A DNA stretch of 64,000 nucleotides from Antedon mediterranea (Eukaryota > Animalia > Echinodermata), in the NCBI RefSeq assembly GCF_964355755.1, contig NC_092671.1, positions 248,001-312,000 of the forward strand. Direction: 5' to 3'. Below the pieces are notes generated by a model that was not told where the DNA came from, searched no databases, and saw only the letters and a list, made by a program, of their open reading frames with translations. Positions 26,101 through 41,464 of the stretch are shown piece by piece. The translations under genes and the position numbers were made by a program. How positions within the stretch are numbered: the stretch's first letter is position 1; the number at the start of each line of letters is the position of its first letter.

Positions 26101-29100
26101 GATCATGGTTGATTAGTCCGCTGTTATGAGGCGTGATTAATGAGACCTCTGAGATTGTCCTTTCAATACGATGTAGGCACTATTATTATTAGACAGAGGC
26201 GATTAATACAATTATTACACGGGATTAGAGCATGCACAGTTATCCCAACTGATTGATTAGGTATTTCTATTTTACACTATTTAGTCTATAGTGGCTGACA
26301 TTCCCAACATGAGACAAACCGTTTAATATCATTTACGTCAATTTAATTTATTTACTTGGTTTTTCTATTCAATTTGGAGTTTGGACGTGGATTTGCATTA
26401 AGGTGGGAATATTTACCAGTAACCTGCTCTGCTGAAAATGGAAAAATACCATTTATGTGACATTTATCCAGCATAGGTATGTACAGTATTTATATTAGGA
26501 AGGCTTGATAAAGCTGTCGTACTGGCATCCTAAAACAACATGACGATAAAAACATCCCATATCATTATAAGCACTTTTAAACACGTTTACCCGATTGTAT
26601 CACGACAGGTAATATCCGATGATGATCGGTATAACATTGCTTCGGGCAAATGTCCAAACTTTTAACGTCTCAAGCGATTTTAATACAATGTTCTCGTCAC
26701 CCATCATTACGGCATTTCAATCAACCCATGAACCAAACAAAATAACTAGTCTTAGCGCATTATGTAGCTGGACAAAACATTTTCTGGGTGTACACATTTA
26801 TCTGGTGATTTAATTAAATGTTTGCAATTTCCAGGGACTGATAGGAAAAAAAGCTATGTGGATCCACAACAGCCTCTGTCAATAATCTATTTATTGGAAT
26901 TTGTAGCAACATTATTCAACACGTACCATTAGGGACGAGATGTTTCTTTAAATCAACAGTGCAAGGCACCAATTATAATATAATTATAATACATATACAA
27001 TATAATGTCGATCTATATAACGATAAAAATAATTAGGCCCTAATTCAAATAAAATATCAAAATAGCCCATTTCACTTAAGTATTCGTAGGTCTATCACTA
27101 CTTCTAGGAACTAGACAGCTGCACAGAGCCTAATTTGGAAGACGTGCTTCTTCCCATATAGTATGTATACCGTACACATACAATGAAAACACTGCTCTTT
27201 TATTAAAATAACAGCTATCTAAATAGCTATCACCTTTCTTAGAATGTAGGCCGGTTCTAATCCTTTGAAGTAAAGTCCCGATAGGTTTTTTTTTTTATAT
27301 CATGATAAAATTGCTTCTAGTCCAGTTATGTTTATGTCACATTTAATTTAATAAATTGTATATTTCTATGATTGATTGATTTATTTTTAGTAGATTTTTT
27401 TTTTCTTTTTTGTAAGGATCAACGGAAACGTCAGTCACAAATGGTATCCATCCTACATTTTTTACTTCACTACATTGACCGTAAAAATTATCTGAATAAT
27501 TTTAAATAAGTTATTAGCCTTGTAGGTGTGAACATTATTTCCCAATGATAATTGTATTTATTTATTTCCATATCGTACGTTCAACCTCCATTAGAAAATT
27601 CTGTATAAAGATAATCATATCAATATGTTTAGACCAGGTTTTATAGGCCTAAGTATGGCCCTAATGACAAATTTAAACAATCATGTTAATTTATCATTCT
27701 AACTCAAGGTAAATCAAACGTTCATACCTTCATATTAGATGAAATTGTCTAAAATTATTATATTATCAATATGATCGTAATACTTCAGAGAATAAAAGAT
27801 TTAAGATGATAATAATGACATAAATTTAAACAAAATACGCATGCATTTTAATTCCAGTTTTCGTTGATTCATATTACAACGGAGTCACACAAGAAGTATG
27901 TATTGTGTAGTTTTACTTTAGGCTTGAGCAAAATCTACAAGATTGTACTGTACACCTGATATTACTGTCTTGTATCAGGACTGATGTTTGTCTTGTAATA
28001 GAAACGTGGTTTTGCCTATGACCCTGAAGCGAAAGTGCTACTAACTATTTTGTGATTTTTTTCTTCATATTTTATGACAATGTGCTGTGATCAGTCAAAT
28101 TATAATTCTTCTTTTATTCTATTAGACGTGATAGTGTATGTAACCTTCAAATAACTGCTGAAAATCAACCATAATTTCTGTTTTAAGTGTTGCAGTGTCA
28201 AATCATGTTTATGCTACTAGAACCATGAACTAATATTAATACAAATACATTTCTTATACTCAGTTGTTGCATGAAGTGGTTTGAGTGTGTGTTTGTTGTT
28301 TTTCTTTATAAGAACCAACTTTTGTTCCCGGAGTTTGACCCGGTCATAAGTACCAATAATAATAATCAATACTTACGATTCACTTTAATATTCTCCTTCT
28401 TCTTATGGTTATATATTTTTTTTTTTGGCTGGTTGTGATTGGTAGTAAAAAATACGCGGTATAGTTCAGTTTGGTTTAGTGCAGTATAAATAAATGTCAG
28501 TTTGGCGCGCCATAGTGGTAATTTTAACAAAAAAACGTCCTGATTATTCGTTATACGACGTAGACACGGAAAACAAATATTTAACTATCCAAGTTTGAAC
28601 TGAAAAACTTTTATGGGGCTGGGTATATAGTGTACTATACTGAACTCACCATCGTTTGACAGAATCCAAGGTATTTTAATATATTAATTCAATACATGTT
28701 GTAAAGCATTAATATTGTGTTTTACTGAAAGATTCGCCATTCAACTAACTTATTGATATGCAAATTCCAGAGAGCTCAGGCATTATGTTCGACGACTTAC
28801 GTTAAGTGTTGTTTAAAAATTGAATATTATATCCACATGCATTATGCATTATATCTGCTAAAACATCAATCATAATTAAAAATGAATGTGGTATGTAATG
28901 ATGTGTTTCGCGGTATGTTAAAATGTTTAAATAGCATTTATGCGCGGTATCGTATCAATTTCGAGTATACTAATGAAATGAAAATTATGACGGTCATAAT
29001 ATAATTGCAATAATAAAATAGCTGTTAGAAATCGTTTACTTCTTTTGAATAATCGAACATGCTTAGTATTGATATAGAAACGTAAAATGTTATGGCCACA

Positions 29101-29523
29101 GCAATGATTTTTTGTTAAATATAAATGTTTGAATGAATTGGAGTAGGCCTACCTGTTATGTACCAACACAAAATAGAGATACTCGCGTCTAGTTATGATA
29201 TACACAACTTATAGCATAGATATAATAACCTATGCTCACACCTATAGTTCAAAATACACAACGTATCTCATTATATAAAGTAGATACTCTGTCTATGATG
29301 AGAATCCTGTCAAGCAATTATACTGTATTGAGTTATGTGTGTGTTTACTTAAATTATTATAACTGTTATTTTGTTTACGTACCTCTATTTGATAGAAATA
29401 AACCTAATTTACCTTTCTAATCTTATTGATACTATTGGATGCATGTACATTATCTGGCCATGGAACATACATTGTGCTACTCTTAAAGGATTGTAGCAAT
29501 TTTGAAGCGAAAGCACATTCAGT

Positions 29524-30240
29524 AACTAGAAAGCCACTCCGAGAGTGCATACCTCCGCCTACTGTAAAATTCTCCTACATAAGATTTCTGCGGTAAAAAA
29601 CAAATATATATATATATATTTGTGTGTGTCTTAATGCTGTTTGTGATTTGGGCTAATTTCACTACAAGCATGTGTATGCGAGTTTGGTGTAATGGTTATG
29701 TAACAAGCCTTCCAATTAACAATGGCTTCAGTTGACTAACAATAGAACAGCAACGCGAAAATCAAACGAGTGAATTTGAAAAGAAAATAGGTTTTTTAAA
29801 CTACTGGCATCAAAAAACGTGAACATTAAATCAAATTATGTTTAAAATTACAAATCACAAATTATAACTCTTGCCTCTTGTACAAAAATAAAGTTTTTTG
29901 GACAAGTAGTTCTCGAGAAAATGCAATTTCAGTATACTTGTTACTTTAAGACTGCTCGCCGGCTTTTGAAAAATTATGTCCTATCTTTTAACACTAGCAG
30001 GTCTGAAAAGTATACTAAAAAGTGGTCCAGAATTGGGACAATGGTCCCAAAATTTAATGGAATGGTCCTTGACCACATATCTATCCGTATATTCATTTTG
30101 GTAAAGATCTTGTAATGACATGTATGGTAGTAATTTGGAGTCATTCGAATCAAAACTGTGAGCGCTAGAGTGATGACAAACAAACAAACAAACAAACACA
30201 CAAACCAAACAGATCAACTGGCCGTCGCAAAGCTGACGGG
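29524..30240. mobile_element. Helentron-associated (HINE/DINE-1-like) non-autonomous element
   Basis: Terminal aactagaaagc, hairpin cactc-cga-gagtg and acctccgcc at one end. (CAAA)n microsatellite at ~30177-30210 and hairpin ccgtcgc-aaa-gctgacgg at the other. The expected partner of acctccgcc is absent. Confidence 0.55.
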
Positions 30241-33200
30241 TTTAAAAGACGCGTGACGTTCCAGACAACGTTAATCTTAATGTTTAGTGTTCATCAAAAC
30301 ATGATTTGGCAAACGTACGAATAATGTTAATCATCACACTCTTCTTGATACTACAGTATAATTATTTGTTAGGGTTACAATCGCCATTAACGTAGACCTT
30401 CAATAAAATGCATGTATTGTTGTTTGGAGTGAATGTGCCTTTTGTCTGCTTTTGGTCATTTGTACTCATCAATACATTATTATGTTAGATAATGTATACG
30501 TGCTGTGTTCAGATGTGTGGTACATGTAATAACAAGAAATACGCCAATGTACATCTAATAACTTATACAAACACAATATGTGTGTTTACCTTGGCATTCA
30601 ATCTACTATCACGAATCTCGCACGAAAAAAAATCGTCGTCACAAATAGCTCCACATCACAAACGTATCTAATTCGTTCGGATGGATAGTAGAACATAGGC
30701 GTAATAGAACATAGTTAGAAAATAGACGGACATTTAGGATGGACCTATATGTATGTATACGAATATGAGTTATGGGCGCACGTAATAATTATCAAATACG
30801 TAAAAAAAGTTAAAGTAATGACTTAATGTGTGAGTTTTAGGTGCATAAGTGTATTATGTATAGGCCTAGTATAGAGTGGACGGCTACGTATAAAACAATA
30901 CCTGCCTATATAATATACTGTATATGCCTTGTATTTGTATTTGACCATATAATAACGGGAGAGGGTCAAAGTTTAAAATTGGCCTTAAACAAAAGCGCAT
31001 CATGTGTCATCCAGCCCATTTAACGGGTTCTTCCGTTCCCCACATTATTTCTTATTTTGTGTACTAGTTCGTACTTGAACTGTTATAAATCAAACCTTAC
31101 TCAATAAGTCGACATGTTTTTGAATGATGAACAGGTTTCCCTGACAACAAACAACACTTAGTGTTGAACTGACCGTATCATATTCACGTGTTCTGATGTA
31201 TTGTCATGTTTTTACTGCGTACATTATGCATTTAACACGCTCTCTGGATTAAAGTAACAACGAAACGTCTTACATTAACGACCGGGATGGCGTATCAAAT
31301 CACCATAGCTGCATTGACCTTATTCATTTCTTAGAAGAAAAAAAATCTAAATAACGATAAAGATACAGTAATGATATTATTATAGACTTAATATCATTCT
31401 TTGATTCGGTTATGTGAATATCTGAAGGAACAAGTATGTTGACTGTAGGCCTATTATTGTTTCTTTGTTGAAACATGCATATTTACTAAAAAATTATTAA
31501 TAAAAATAAACATATGCAGCTTCAATTAGGCGAACGAACATACATAACCAACACAGACCTGCTTAGTTCTTGTTTTGTGTTAATCACCCAATATTCGTCG
31601 ATCCCATAATATATTTTATAGACGCTATCATTTTACGTACCAAAAAGTACTCTTGTGCATCGTATAACATCATTCTCAAAAGTTTAATTACTAGAAGAAA
31701 AAAATACATAGGTTTTGTATCCTTTGGGATTTGAGCCTTGGTTGATTGAGTAATAATGTTTACATTTTAATTTTTAACTTTGTAATAACAAAATAAAGTG
31801 AATAAATTAGATGGTTCCTTGCACAACTCGTGAGAAATATAAATTGGTTCTGTGATGGGGAAGTTACTTTTCATCCACTAAAAGAATTGTTGTGTTGAGG
31901 TTCAGTTACCAATAGATATTTATAGAATGTTGATATACATGGTAGACAAATATTTGGTTGATGAGTTTTCCAGAGTTTTTCATCCCTAGTTTGTCCAGTC
32001 AGTGTCGTCGTCAATATTGACGTGTTTTTTTTTGGTTTTTTTTTGTGTAATTTTAATAATTACTATGCATTCACTTTTTTTTTGTTATTTGGTTTGTTTT
32101 CAATCATATAATGCTTTTTAATGATTGTTTATATTTTTTTGCGCCGTGTTGATAATACAACGTGATTTGTAATCATCTAATGTGTACGAACGTTATCAAT
32201 GCCATCTTAAACAACACCGCTAAAATGGAAAAGCGCATGCTCTTTTTAATGACCAGTGTATTTTTAAATAATACTTGGAAACGGAAAACTTTCAAACTAA
32301 AAGGTGTCACTGCTCTGAATCAATCGTCGCGATCAGGAAGATGAATATTGAATATGTTTAATGCTTGATGGGGAAGGGGGATTGGGTGTCGGATTAGCGG
32401 AACATATTAAACTCTGTATGTTCAATAACCTTTACATGTTCATCTGACATCAACATAACATAATTCGGTAGAAACTTGTTGGGTAGATTGTGAAATGGAC
32501 GCAAGTATACAGACACGGAAGTTTCGTTGCGTCGATGACAGCATGCCTGGCCTGTTTAGCCAAGTCACTCGTATCATTGCTTGGCAGCATACCCGATTGA
32601 TTTATGATCATACCAGATAATATGCTATTTTTGTTATCAAATGTTTTATTCATAATTTTTTTTAAACAGTATAACCTAAAAAAGATGCTGCTGATATTTG
32701 CCTGACCTAATAATTATACTAATAGGTGGTAATGATACATAATGCCAAATGATCATATTTTATCGGTAATATGTTAACAATTGATTCCACGACCTACATT
32801 TTCAATGTCATAAACAAAGTATTCAAAATTAGTTCAAGAAGATAAAATGGTATTATTTATGTTTGTGTAAAGAAGATGCTATTGAAAGATAATGGCTGGA
32901 GCCGTGTTTTCTATTAAAAGCTATTTTCTACTTGTTTTTACCTGCGGGCATTTTGCTTAGAAAAAGATCACAGGCTATTGTACAACAGAGATTACACAAT
33001 ACGTATTATTCATATCGCCGGGGGATTTGTTTACATCGGTATTTTATGTTACCTGATGTTGCAATAAAATTATTCATTGTGAATTGTAGTGTTATGTAAT
33101 GAAATAAAATGCCGCTTTGTGTTGCGAAAAAAACCTGAACGCCGCAGTTAAACTGATAATACCATTGCGCATAGTCAGACCATACTGTCAGCAATCAGAA

Positions 33201-34761
33201 AGCAAACGATTTGTGTTTACTTAATATGTATTTTTATCAAGTATATAAGAAAACAGTATGTTCAAGACCAATTTCAAAACGTTCCAATAACAAACTAAAA
33301 AGCAGTTTTATATGTAATGATAATGGTGCATTTATTCAGTTATTGATTTATTCTCCAAAGCAACCAATAGATATAAAATCTAGTTTGTGGAATGGAAAAG
33401 TAAACCATATTTCTATAATAGTTTTTATCGTATGGACATCTTCGACTGTTTATTCGTTCAGAAATTTGTATTTCCATCATGGTTAAGTATTTCCTGTGCC
33501 TTGAAGAAAATTGTGTAATATTCTTCAACCCTGAAGGTTCAGATTAGTTACATTTTTACGCATTTCTTTTATCGGATACCGTATCATTCATGTTTTTCCC
33601 AATTTAGTTGTACATTACCAAGTTTCTCGTAAAAGAAAAGAAAAATCGTTTAAAATCGTTTCGAATGATGAAATTCGATGTGCATTTTTGTAAATAAATA
33701 CTACAGAATAAATTGGCTCAACCGGGGAGAGTTATTACTGATCGACTTTGTTCAGAAATTTGGGAGTTTTTAGTTTATTCTATTTGAATAAACATATTAT
33801 AAAGCCATTAAGGGAATAACATGCTCATATAAACAAGGTATCTCTTATTCACAATGGAAACGTACAATGCCAGCTCATTGCAGAAATTGCCATTATTTAA
33901 ATGATAATACCCAAATAGCAAATAGCACAAATCAATACAAGTTTATGTGCATTTTTATTGCCTATTTTATATTTTTTTAAAGATGCTGCAATGGCCCTGT
34001 GGGTCGTCTTGATATATACGTAAATTAATATCCGCCAACGCAAGTAAATCATTAATATATTTCTTTTATCAAATAATTATTAATAACTTTTTTTTAATGT
34101 TTTAGTAAAATTAACCAAGATTGTAATGAACTTAATCAGGTCGAAGGCTACGTGAAACAGAAAAAAGGAGAATCTCTCTTTCAAAATAAAAATGATTTTC
34201 TGCTATTTAACTTCATTGTACAAAGGTATAGTTTTAACTACTGAAGATTAAAACCTTCACATGAAATTGTTCCCAGAAACAATAATTGGCTGATAACATC
34301 TCATAAGACAGTGTTACAGAAGCAAGATATTTAGTCTATGTTAACGGCTGCCGTGTATAACCTATTCAACCGACGACCGACATTTTTTTTTTTGACGCAC
34401 GTACAATTTTAGACTTGCTACAAATAACGACTTTAGTATATCAATGTATGACGTCGATAATGGGATATACCTGACAATTATCATTAAAATAAGTGTCCGA
34501 AAAAGTGGACTAATGTTAACTAAAGAGCAACTAAGATATTAAAGCGAATCATTTTTAATCCACACTATGGAAACAATGGGGTTTATTATTGGAATTTATC
34601 TGCACATTTTGGCAAGATTATAAGAAATTAATTTGCGTCACTTTCGAAAAAATCATGTAATGATGCGATAATTTACACAAATACACTAATGTTTATTTTC
34701 AAAGAGATCCAGGTCGACGACGTAGCCTCAGAATTTTACTGAGATAGGTCTTTCATGTCTC

Positions 34762-35651
34762 ATGTTCATTTATTCTCTAATATCGGTCTTCCATGTTCAT
34801 TCAGCCTCCGATCTGTCTCCCGTGTTCATTTAGTCTCCGATATCTGTCTCACGTGTTCATTTAGCTTTCGTATGCCACGAAGTCATGTTCATTTAGACTC
34901 CGATCTGTCTCCCGTGTTCATTTAGCCTCCGTATGTCACGAGGTCATGTTCATTTAGCCTCCGATCTGTCTCCCGTGTTCATTTAGTTTCCCTATGTCTC
35001 GAGGTCATGTTCATTTAGCCTCCGATCTGTCTCACATGTTCATTTAGCCTCCGTATGTCACGAGGTCATGTTCACTTAGCCTCCGATCTGTCTCCCGTGT
35101 TCATTTAGTTTCCGTATGTCACGAGGTCATGTTCATTTAGCCTCCGATCTGTCTCCCGTGTTCATTTAGTTTCCGTATGTCACGAGGTCGTGTTCATTTA
35201 GCCTCCGATCTGTCTCACATGTTCATTTAGCCTCCGTATGTCTCGAGGTCATTTTAGCCTCCGATCTGTCTCCCGTGTTCATTTAGTTTCCGTATGTCAC
35301 GAGGTCATGTTCATTTAGCCTCCGATCTGTCTCCCGTGTTCATTTAGTTTCCGTATGTCACGAGGTCATGTTCATTTAGCCTTCGATCTGTCTCCCGTGT
35401 TCATTTAGCTTCCGTATTTCACGAGGTCATGTTCATTTAGCCTCCGATCTGTCTCCTGTGTTCATTTAGCTTCCGTATGTCACGAGGTCATGTTCATTTA
35501 GCCTCCGATCTGTCTCCCGTGTTCATTTAGCTTCCGTATGTCACGAGGTCATGTTCATTTAGCCTCCGATATGTCTCCCGTGTTCATTTAGCTTCCGTAT
35601 GTCACGAGGTCATGTTCATTTAGCCTCCGATATGTCTCCCGTGTTCATTTA
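34762..35651 (+). repeat. 61-bp dimeric minisatellite (29 + 32 bp monomers starting gttcatttag)
   Basis: gttcatttagcctccgatctgtctcccgt plus gttcatttagtttccgtatgtcacgaggtcat. The array resumes at 36728-~36760 after a MITE insertion. Confidence 0.95.
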
Positions 35652-36727
35652 GGCCCTGTTCAGACCCATGGCGTTAGACCGTTTTAGCCTACAACGTTAC
35701 TAGCAAGGTCACGTTACAAACCGCAGAGGAAAAAACGAGGTGTTCAGACCCATAGCGTACGATTATCGTTACAACGGAAGTACGTCATCCAGGTTGTTTC
35801 TAGTTGCATATTCATGTACTCTTACCCACGTGTTTTCATCATTATTTCCACTGTATATAGGCCTAGATCTCAGCCCTACAATTATGACAAAATTTGCCGT
35901 AAATAAAACATACCTCAGCATTTATTTAAGAAAAATATAGTAAAGCCAAATTTCTGTTTCTATTGTTTTTATTTTGTAGTAAAAAACATTTTCCCCAGGC
36001 TCTTGTGTTACGAAAATAAAGCAGGCCTCCTAATGATGAAGAAAAAATTGATTGTGATTAGTCTATCCAGTCCAGTCAAAGATTATATTCCAACCCAGTC
36101 CAGTCGGTTGCTAATAACCCTTAACTTGCTAATAAAAGGGACCCAGCTCTCTTGTTTGTTTACTGAATTTGTTAGGAGTTAGGGGGTTTTCAGCATTAAA
36201 CTTGTCCAGTCTAGTCTGCCTTGTATGAATGAGTGACTTGATGTCCCACGCTAGTTTTTAGCTTGAATGAAATGCGTGAATGGCTCTAGGCCTAGCTAGG
36301 CCTAAAAGCGGATTGGATCGTAGTCCCTATGTTTAAATACAAGGTGCATTTATTTATGTCATTTGTTAGAAAATATAATGGTAATCAGTTGATAATAGTT
36401 TGTAGCCTTTGTAACAGTTGTATTTGTAGTGTAGTTAGGCCTTATTTATTCTTGCCTTTTTGTTATTGAAATCCATCTCACACATTGACGATACAAGATG
36501 TCAGCCTAGGTCAAACCTTGTTTCGCGTCATAACAGGAAACGTTCTGATTGGATACAACGTTGACTTACAGTAGCGTCGTACGCTAAAACGGTACAATCA
36601 ACCGTTTTCCACTACAACGCTACAACCGTTGTACGACGCGTTGTACGCTAATCCCCAACTGTTCAGACACACATTCTTTTAGCGTCGTACGCTAAAACGG
36701 TCTAACGCCATGGGTCTGAACAGGGCC
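35652..36727. mobile_element. PIF/Harbinger MITE (1076 bp)
   Basis: Perfect 37-bp TIR ggccctgttcagacccatggcgttagaccgttttagc, with TTA TSD at 35649-35651 and 36728-36730. Confidence 0.93.
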
Positions 36728-39700
36728 TTAGCCTCTGTATGTCACGAGGTCATGTTCATTTATTTCCTCCGATTAATAAAACATCGGTATCTTATGCTCA
36801 TTAGCCTCGGACATATCTGATAATAAGATCCTTTAGGTTCATATCCTCTAATTATTATGAGTTGGTATTTCATATTCATTCAGTCTCTCAGCTGGATATA
36901 GTAAAATTATTAATAATATTTAGTTATATTTTCTCTGATTATTTTAATAATTACACAGCGCTGATAGGTATCTCAAATAAACATTTAATCACTACCGTAC
37001 TGTATAAAAAATTCATTTAAAAATGACTACATTTAGTATAGTGGTATGTTGAAATATCACTCAGAAAATGTTAATTTATGATTACTTTAATCTGTTATAG
37101 ATAATATAGAGATGATTCAACTTAAGTCTATTTGTGTTTGCTTTGTTTCAGCGATGAATCGTATATCTAGAATTACTAAGAGTTATTAATATTATTTTAT
37201 CAGTTTCTTTTTAAATTCCCTGAGGTCTTTTTTTTCCCAATATAAATTAATACGAACTCTAAGTTGTTTATTACACGAGACCTTCGCCTTTTTCGAGTAA
37301 GAAAATCACTAATTGGACATCGCAACCTGTATGAATTGTGTTCACAGTGGTTTGTATGCAAGACATGTGCTCTATGGACTCTTTAACTATTACAAGCATG
37401 CGAGACATTAAATCATGGTTTTATATAGAAATCATCAATAATGTTTGACAACAGATCAGGTGTAATAATGATTGTTGAAGTTTTATTGTATTCTCTGTGG
37501 GATGTTGAATTTGCATGACGCAGCACAAAAACCAATAGCAACAAACCATGCATTATCAGTGGAAACATATCCATTGATTACTGTTGTTTTTAGATAATGC
37601 ACATAATTAGAAAGGCCTTCGTGATTAGGCCTATACCACGCTATTCAAAATTGTTGCGGAATAAAGTAAGGGGAATCTATCACAACTCTGATCCATATGT
37701 AAGCATGTGCAATGCAATGTAACACTACATCAGACGAGAGGTGATAACGATTGTTGCGTTTGTGTTTTTTTTTTAATTGTAAGTTTTGAATGGTGCGTGA
37801 TGAGAGGTTAAACAGCACGTTCTATTTGTTGTTTCTCTTTCCTCATCCGACAATATGATTGATTTCATTGTATATGCACCGCTTACTCACACTGTATCGC
37901 TACATCGCTAGTTAGACCTGCTTTGATTATAATAATATTTGTATGCATATTTTATTATAATGTTTTTTTATTATACGTTCTGGTTTTGTAAAAATGCAAT
38001 ATTATAATGACCTTCATTAAATTTACTGTTTGTCTCTGTCATTTTTGGAAAAAAATAAAATTTTTGAAAACATTTTTTCGACGTTTATGATAGTTTGTTT
38101 GTTTGGTTTTTTTTTTTTCAAAAGGCGAAGCTTATTGTATATCTTCCTCGCATACACTATGTTGTACAACAGCGTAGATTTACTAAGATTAAATTAAATC
38201 TGGAAAAACACTGTTTTGGCCAGTTAGTTTTTTTTTACTAAGTAAACGATTTGTTATCATGTCTAACATCTAAGCTGCTCATGACTCTCTATAGCTCGTG
38301 ATGAGTTTATTTTTCCTAGTATATGCTTCATTTCTTTGAATAAAATTTTCCATATGCATGATATCGGTCGCGTATTTATACTTGGCAAAAAAATAGGGCT
38401 AATAAACATCATTAGGCCTATGCGGGAACAAGTAGACATGATACAGTTTCTTTATTACTTTTATATACGTTTAGTTACTCTTAATTAAGTGCTAACATTG
38501 ATTACAATGTTGCGCGCGCGTTTATAATTAGTGTGTGAACTGTTAATTCGCGTTTAAGACATTAAATCGCATCCTGTGTGAAACTATGTTTAAAAGCTTT
38601 TCAAAGCATTTAGTAAGAATCGAAGGCACCGTTGACAATATTTTCTACTATCATTCTGTCTCGCCTACTTCGCTGCTGTAGGTGATGAAATAATCGATGC
38701 ACTTGTCAATAATTCAATCAGCTTAAATTTATAGATAATTTGTATTGTAACGTTGTTATTTTATAAACGGTGCATCTAGATGATGATACTATTCCGGAGT
38801 TGCAGTGATGACGACCATCATCTAGTGGCCTCTCGGGGATTTGTTCTTCTTTGGACTGCTAATGATGCATAAAATGTATCAGTCTGCTAACGAATCTGAT
38901 TGTTGTTCGTTGATATATTCATGATTAATTTTATATCAAATTTACTGTTTCTTAGTAATTAAATTTAAAACGGTCTTGGTTACTAAATACTGTTATTTAC
39001 CGTTTTAAAGGCCAAATGAACATTAGACAATTCAGAGTAGTATGATCAAGTCAGAATATTTAAATTTGATAAAAATGATATTGATATCTTCATTGTCAGG
39101 AAGTGACGTTAGTTCTATCGTCATAAAGAGAAATATCAAATATTATCATAAGTATTTTCATCACATCCACTATTATGGAATTAAGTCTTCCCTTTGTGGA
39201 GAAGATACCCCTTACGCAACTAGAGAAAAATCGTAGACCAGTCGCATCATGTTTGATATCTCCCGACCTCTGGTCACACTTGATCAATTGAATAATCCAA
39301 TCGGTAAGATGAGACTCCTTAAAAGAAATAGACACTATGCATTGTTCCCTCCTGTATTATCCTGACAATCGCAAGGACTATTGGTAGATAACTTAATGTC
39401 TGATTTTGTTGATACAGTAATTGGGTTTAATACTTGATGGAAAGGCTTTTTATTTTATTTGTTTTCATTTAATGTTTTTTAATTTGTATATTACGAGACA
39501 GGCATTATTATTTCCACTTGTGGTAGACGAATAAAAGCTATTATTTAAGTAATATTCCTCCTTGTCAATCAATCCTACACAATCATTATCAATGTCATTA
39601 CCCAGTATCGTTAATTAATCTCGCACATAGTATATTTTATTAACTCAATTTAATTTAAAAAAGAAGCATTCTTCTTTTTCAAATTTACATTTCCAGCCCT

Positions 39701-40402
39701 GGTTTAAATGATTTTTTAAATGTTTCACTCTCGTCGATCCTCTTGTTTCATGTTTCACTTTAAGTTTTCCTGCATGAGGGCGCCCTGTATTAGATTGATT
39801 CAGAGCTACGGTTTTGGAATGAGTAAATACTTGTGAAATAATACTGTTATAATTAATAATACATACAGTCATGCAATACATTCCAGCTGGTTCTAGATAC
39901 ATAAGTGTTATCTTCATCTCTTTCTGTTTATTTAGCCATACATCTATTGTTCTCCTTCCATCTGCTACAGTACTAACTAAAACATTCATATTGTTACGTT
40001 ATGTAAATCATAAAGGAATATACCGATGCTTATAAAATAATTATATTAGGTTTTGTAACCAATACAATATGTTGATATTAAAATATTGAAATGAAAATAA
40101 AATTCTTATGATTAAAGTACTAAAAATAACCTAAAATCGATCGCTAACAATGTTTTAAAAAATGTGATCAACAGATGGTTTGTTGTACATCTCTTAGTTC
40201 AAGGTTAAGTTATTTTATCGTAGGAGAAGAAAAAATAGAGAAATTGTAATTATTGTGCAATAGGCAGCATAGTATAATGCACAGGAGAAAACTACTTTAT
40301 TCATTCTATCGCATATTCACCAAATTTACAATTTAATAGACAGTTCATTTTAGTGAGATTCTATCGAGATACTTACAGGCCAAATAATGCATGTTTCAAA
40401 AT

Positions 40403-41464
40403 AAGGGGGTACACAGACACCCTTGCAAAACACATGCACAGGGCTATGTAACACTTACAAAGGGATACACAGACACCCTCGCAAAACACATGCACCGGGC
40501 TATGTAACACTTACAAGGGGATACACAGACACCCTCGCAAAACACATGCACAGGGCTATGTAACACTTACAAGGGGATACACAGACACCCTTGCAAAACA
40601 CATGCACAGGGCTATGTAACACTTACAAAGGGATACACAGACACCCTCGCAAAACACATGTACAGGGCTATGTAACACTTACAAGGGGATACACAGACAC
40701 CCTTGCAAAACACATGCACAGGGCTATGTAACACTTACAAGGGGATACACAGACACCCTTGCAAAACACATGCACAGGGCTATGTAACACTTACAAGGGG
40801 ATACACAGACACCCTCGCAAAACACATGTACAGGGCTATGTAACACTTACAAGGGGATACACAGACACCCTCGCACAACACATGCACAGGGCTATGTAAC
40901 ACTTACAAGGGGATACACAGACACCCTCGCACAACACATGCACAGGGCTATGTAACACTTACAAGGGGATACACAGACACCCTCGCAAAACACATGCACA
41001 GGGCTATGTAACACTTACAAGGGGATACACAGACACCCTCGCAAAACACATGTACAGGGCTATGTAACACTTACAAGGGGATACACAGACAACCTCGCAC
41101 AACGCATGCACAGGGCTATGTAACACTTACAAGGGGATACACAGACACCCTCGCAAAACACATGTACAGGGCTATGTAACACTTACAAGGGGATACACAG
41201 ACACCCTCGCAAAACACATGTACAGGGCTATGTAACACTTACAAGGGGATACACAGACACCCTCGCACAACACATGCACAGGGCTATGTAACACTTACAA
41301 GGGGATACACAGACACCCTTGCAAAACACATGTACAGGGCTATGTAACACTTACAAGGGGATACACAGACACCCTCGCAAAACACATGTACAGGGCTATG
41401 TAAGACTTACAAGGGAATACACAGACACCCTCGCACAACACATGCACAGGGCTATGTAACACTT
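40403..41464 (+). repeat. 56-bp minisatellite, ~19 copies
   Basis: gggctatgtaacacttacaaggggatacacagacaccctcgcaaaacacatgcaca, with no indels seen between copies. Confidence 0.97.

Noticed and set aside
29678-29716. tRNA-Gly gene
   Set aside because: Only a 5'-half resemblance, with no T-arm/B box or acceptor-stem partner.
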